DNA of 34,852 nt from a virus. The stretch's first letter is position 1. Each line of letters opens with the position of its first letter. The translations under genes and the position numbers were made by a program. The notes under the pieces are model-generated. The model saw nothing but the letters and a program-made list of their open reading frames with translations. It searched no databases and had not been told where the DNA came from. The stretch covers positions 1 to 34,852 of IMG/VR virus record IMGVR_UViG_3300026985_000012; one strand, given 5' to 3'. Shown here in pieces: positions 33,436 to 34,852 of the stretch.

Positions 33436-33587
33436 TGAGCACGACTACGGACGACACGATCGACGACCCGGCCGAGAAGCTTCGCGAAGACGAGGAGACG
33501 CTTGAGTTGTTCAAGCGACTCGCCGACTCCGACGCACAGTGTGCCGAACGGTTCCAGCGGGCGCTCGAGAAGGCAGGGGTGCGCTAG
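33435..33587 (+). CDS. Hypothetical acidic helical protein (50 aa)
   Basis: TGATG overlap; converges on the integrase stop. Confidence 0.65.
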   Translation: MSTTTDDTIDDPAEKLREDEETLELFKRLADSDAQCAERFQRALEKAGVR

Positions 33588-33592
33588 CGATG

Positions 33593-34852
33593 TCAGTCCA
33601 ACAGCAGCTGGCTGAGGATCGGGTCATCACGGAGCCGGTCGCGAGCGGCGATGACGTCCTCGGCCTCGACGTCCAGGTCGTCGCGCGCAGCGGCGACGGC
33701 GTCCTCGACCATCTCGTCGTCGAGCTCGTCGACGCGCTTCGCCGTCTCGGCGTCGAGGGCCGTCCCGCACCACATGCAGAGGTCGTTATCGGCGGGCGTC
33801 TCCCGGTCACACCGGTGGCAGACGATGGGGGCGCGGACTTCGTCGTCTTCCTCGAGGTCGACGTCGATCCCGTGCATGGCCGCGAACTTCGCCTCCTGCG
33901 TCTCCCCAGAGAACTTGGCGACGTAGCGGGAGATGACAGGCGACCCACGGGCGCGGCCCTGTCGGTCCTCGATGAACGCCTGGGACTTCTCCTGCTGGGA
34001 GAGCCAGTAGGCGTTCGACTTCCGGAAGTTGGTCGGCGTCACGGGCAGATCGACGTCGGCTCGCCCAGCCGCCTCCTTGAAGATCTTCAAGAAGAGCTGG
34101 TAGCTGACGCGCTTCGGCTTGTTGAGGTGGCTCCAGACGAAGTCGTCGCCCTCGCCGGGGTGGCTGGCCTGCCAGCGCGAGACCCACGGGATCGACCGGA
34201 TGAGGTGGACGTCGTGTTCGCCACGCTTCCCGTCGACGCGGACTTTGACGGAGTGCTCCGAGTCGGAGATCTGGTCGAGCGTGAGGTCGTAGAGCTCACC
34301 GCCACGGAACCCACCCTCGAACTGCAGGGCGATGAGCGCCTTGTCGCGGTCGTTGTGACAGGCGTCGATCATCGGCCGGACGTGCGTGTCCCAGTCGAGC
34401 ATGTCGGCCTCGTCGGGCTCGGGCTGGTAGTCACGCGTCGTCTGCGTGGAGATCCAGTCGTGCGTGTCGGGGATCTCCTCGCCGCGGGTGGTGTGTTTGG
34501 CGAGCATCCGGAAGGCGACGCGATAGTCCCGGTTGGTCTCCTGGCTCCCCTCCTCGATGTCGTAGGTGTCGTGGATCCAGCGGACGATGACCTTCGCGGC
34601 GTCTTTGGCGGCGTCGAAGTCCTCGTCGTCGCGCTCGGGGAGGATGGTCTCGACGAGCGCAGTGTCAGCGTGCTCGCTGGCTCGCGTGTTGTGCCGGAGG
34701 AGCTTCTCGTGTCGGTGCCAGCCGTACTCTTCGCGACGGAGCTTCAGCTCGTCGGAGAACGCGAGCAGGAGGTCACGATCGGCGTCACTCCCACCGCGAT
34801 CGCCGGCCTGGAGCTTCTCGCGGAGCGTGTCGACGGCGTCCTTCCCAGCCAT
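33593..34852 (-). CDS. int: Tyrosine integrase with C-terminal zinc ribbon
   Basis: GGFRGGEL (R), DGKRG (K), TPTNFRKS (R), SRYV (Y); CHRC...CMWC ribbon. Confidence 0.93.
   Translation of the reverse strand: MAGKDAVDTLREKLQAGDRGGSDADRDLLLAFSDELKLRREEYGWHRHEKLLRHNTRASEHADTALVETILPERDDEDFDAAKDAAKVIVRWIHDTYDIEEGSQETNRDYRVAFRMLAKHTTRGEEIPDTHDWISTQTTRDYQPEPDEADMLDWDTHVRPMIDACHNDRDKALIALQFEGGFRGGELYDLTLDQISDSEHSVKVRVDGKRGEHDVHLIRSIPWVSRWQASHPGEGDDFVWSHLNKPKRVSYQLFLKIFKEAAGRADVDLPVTPTNFRKSNAYWLSQQEKSQAFIEDRQGRARGSPVISRYVAKFSGETQEAKFAAMHGIDVDLEEDDEVRAPIVCHRCDRETPADNDLCMWCGTALDAETAKRVDELDDEMVEDAVAAARDDLDVEAEDVIAARDRLRDDPILSQLLLD

Larger units (their letters stand above)
1..34852. mobile_element. Temperate haloarchaeal tailed virus / provirus (siphovirus-like), probably incomplete in this window
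   Basis: Ordered terS-terL-portal-protease-capsid-neck-tail tube-chaperone-TMP-tail genes, two phiH1-like repressors, tyrosine integrase; Asp/Glu-rich proteins; dense ATGA/TGATG gene overlaps. No sheath gene, att site or replication gene seen. Confidence 0.95.

Noticed and set aside
1-34852. CTAG looks scarce (about a dozen noticed by eye)
   Set aside because: Known general feature of haloarchaeal genomes and their viruses; not counted rigorously.
1-34852. CRISPR mini-array, diversity-generating retroelement, or invertible tail-fibre cassette
   Set aside because: No regularly spaced repeats, reverse transcriptase, template/variable repeat pair, or invertase with inverted tail segments was seen.

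Overview
The whole window is part of a temperate, tailed haloarchaeal virus or provirus (GC-rich, acidic proteome, siphovirus-type morphogenesis module). By gene order it resembles BJ1/CGphi46-type haloviruses; this is from recall, not a database search. Left to right: small Zn-finger/HTH genes (1-1704), an intact tRNA-Phe(GAA) heading a ~340-nt structured RNA cassette (1695-2032), then terS, terL, portal (with a C-terminal KTSC domain), XkdF-type prohead protease/scaffold, HK97-fold capsid, neck proteins, tail tube, tail chaperone with a -1 frameshift, a short tape-measure protein and FN3-rich tail/adhesin genes (to 22573). A ~520-nt hairpin-dense non-coding gap follows. Then come a leftward repressor-led operon (wHTH, Zn fingers, J-domain protein, membrane protein), two similar divergent repressor/early-operon switches, an HNH endonuclease, many small early genes and a tyrosine integrase ending at the last base. 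No replication gene or att site is visible, so the element probably extends beyond the window. Best candidates for something new: the tRNA-bracketed RNA cassette (with a tRNA-like element and a nearby in-frame amber codon), the 22.6-23.1 kb structured region, a tail FN3 domain apparently split by an inserted cassette, the duplicated switch, and PIP-box-like peptides on small viral proteins. All folds and domain calls were made by eye; no folding or homology search was run.
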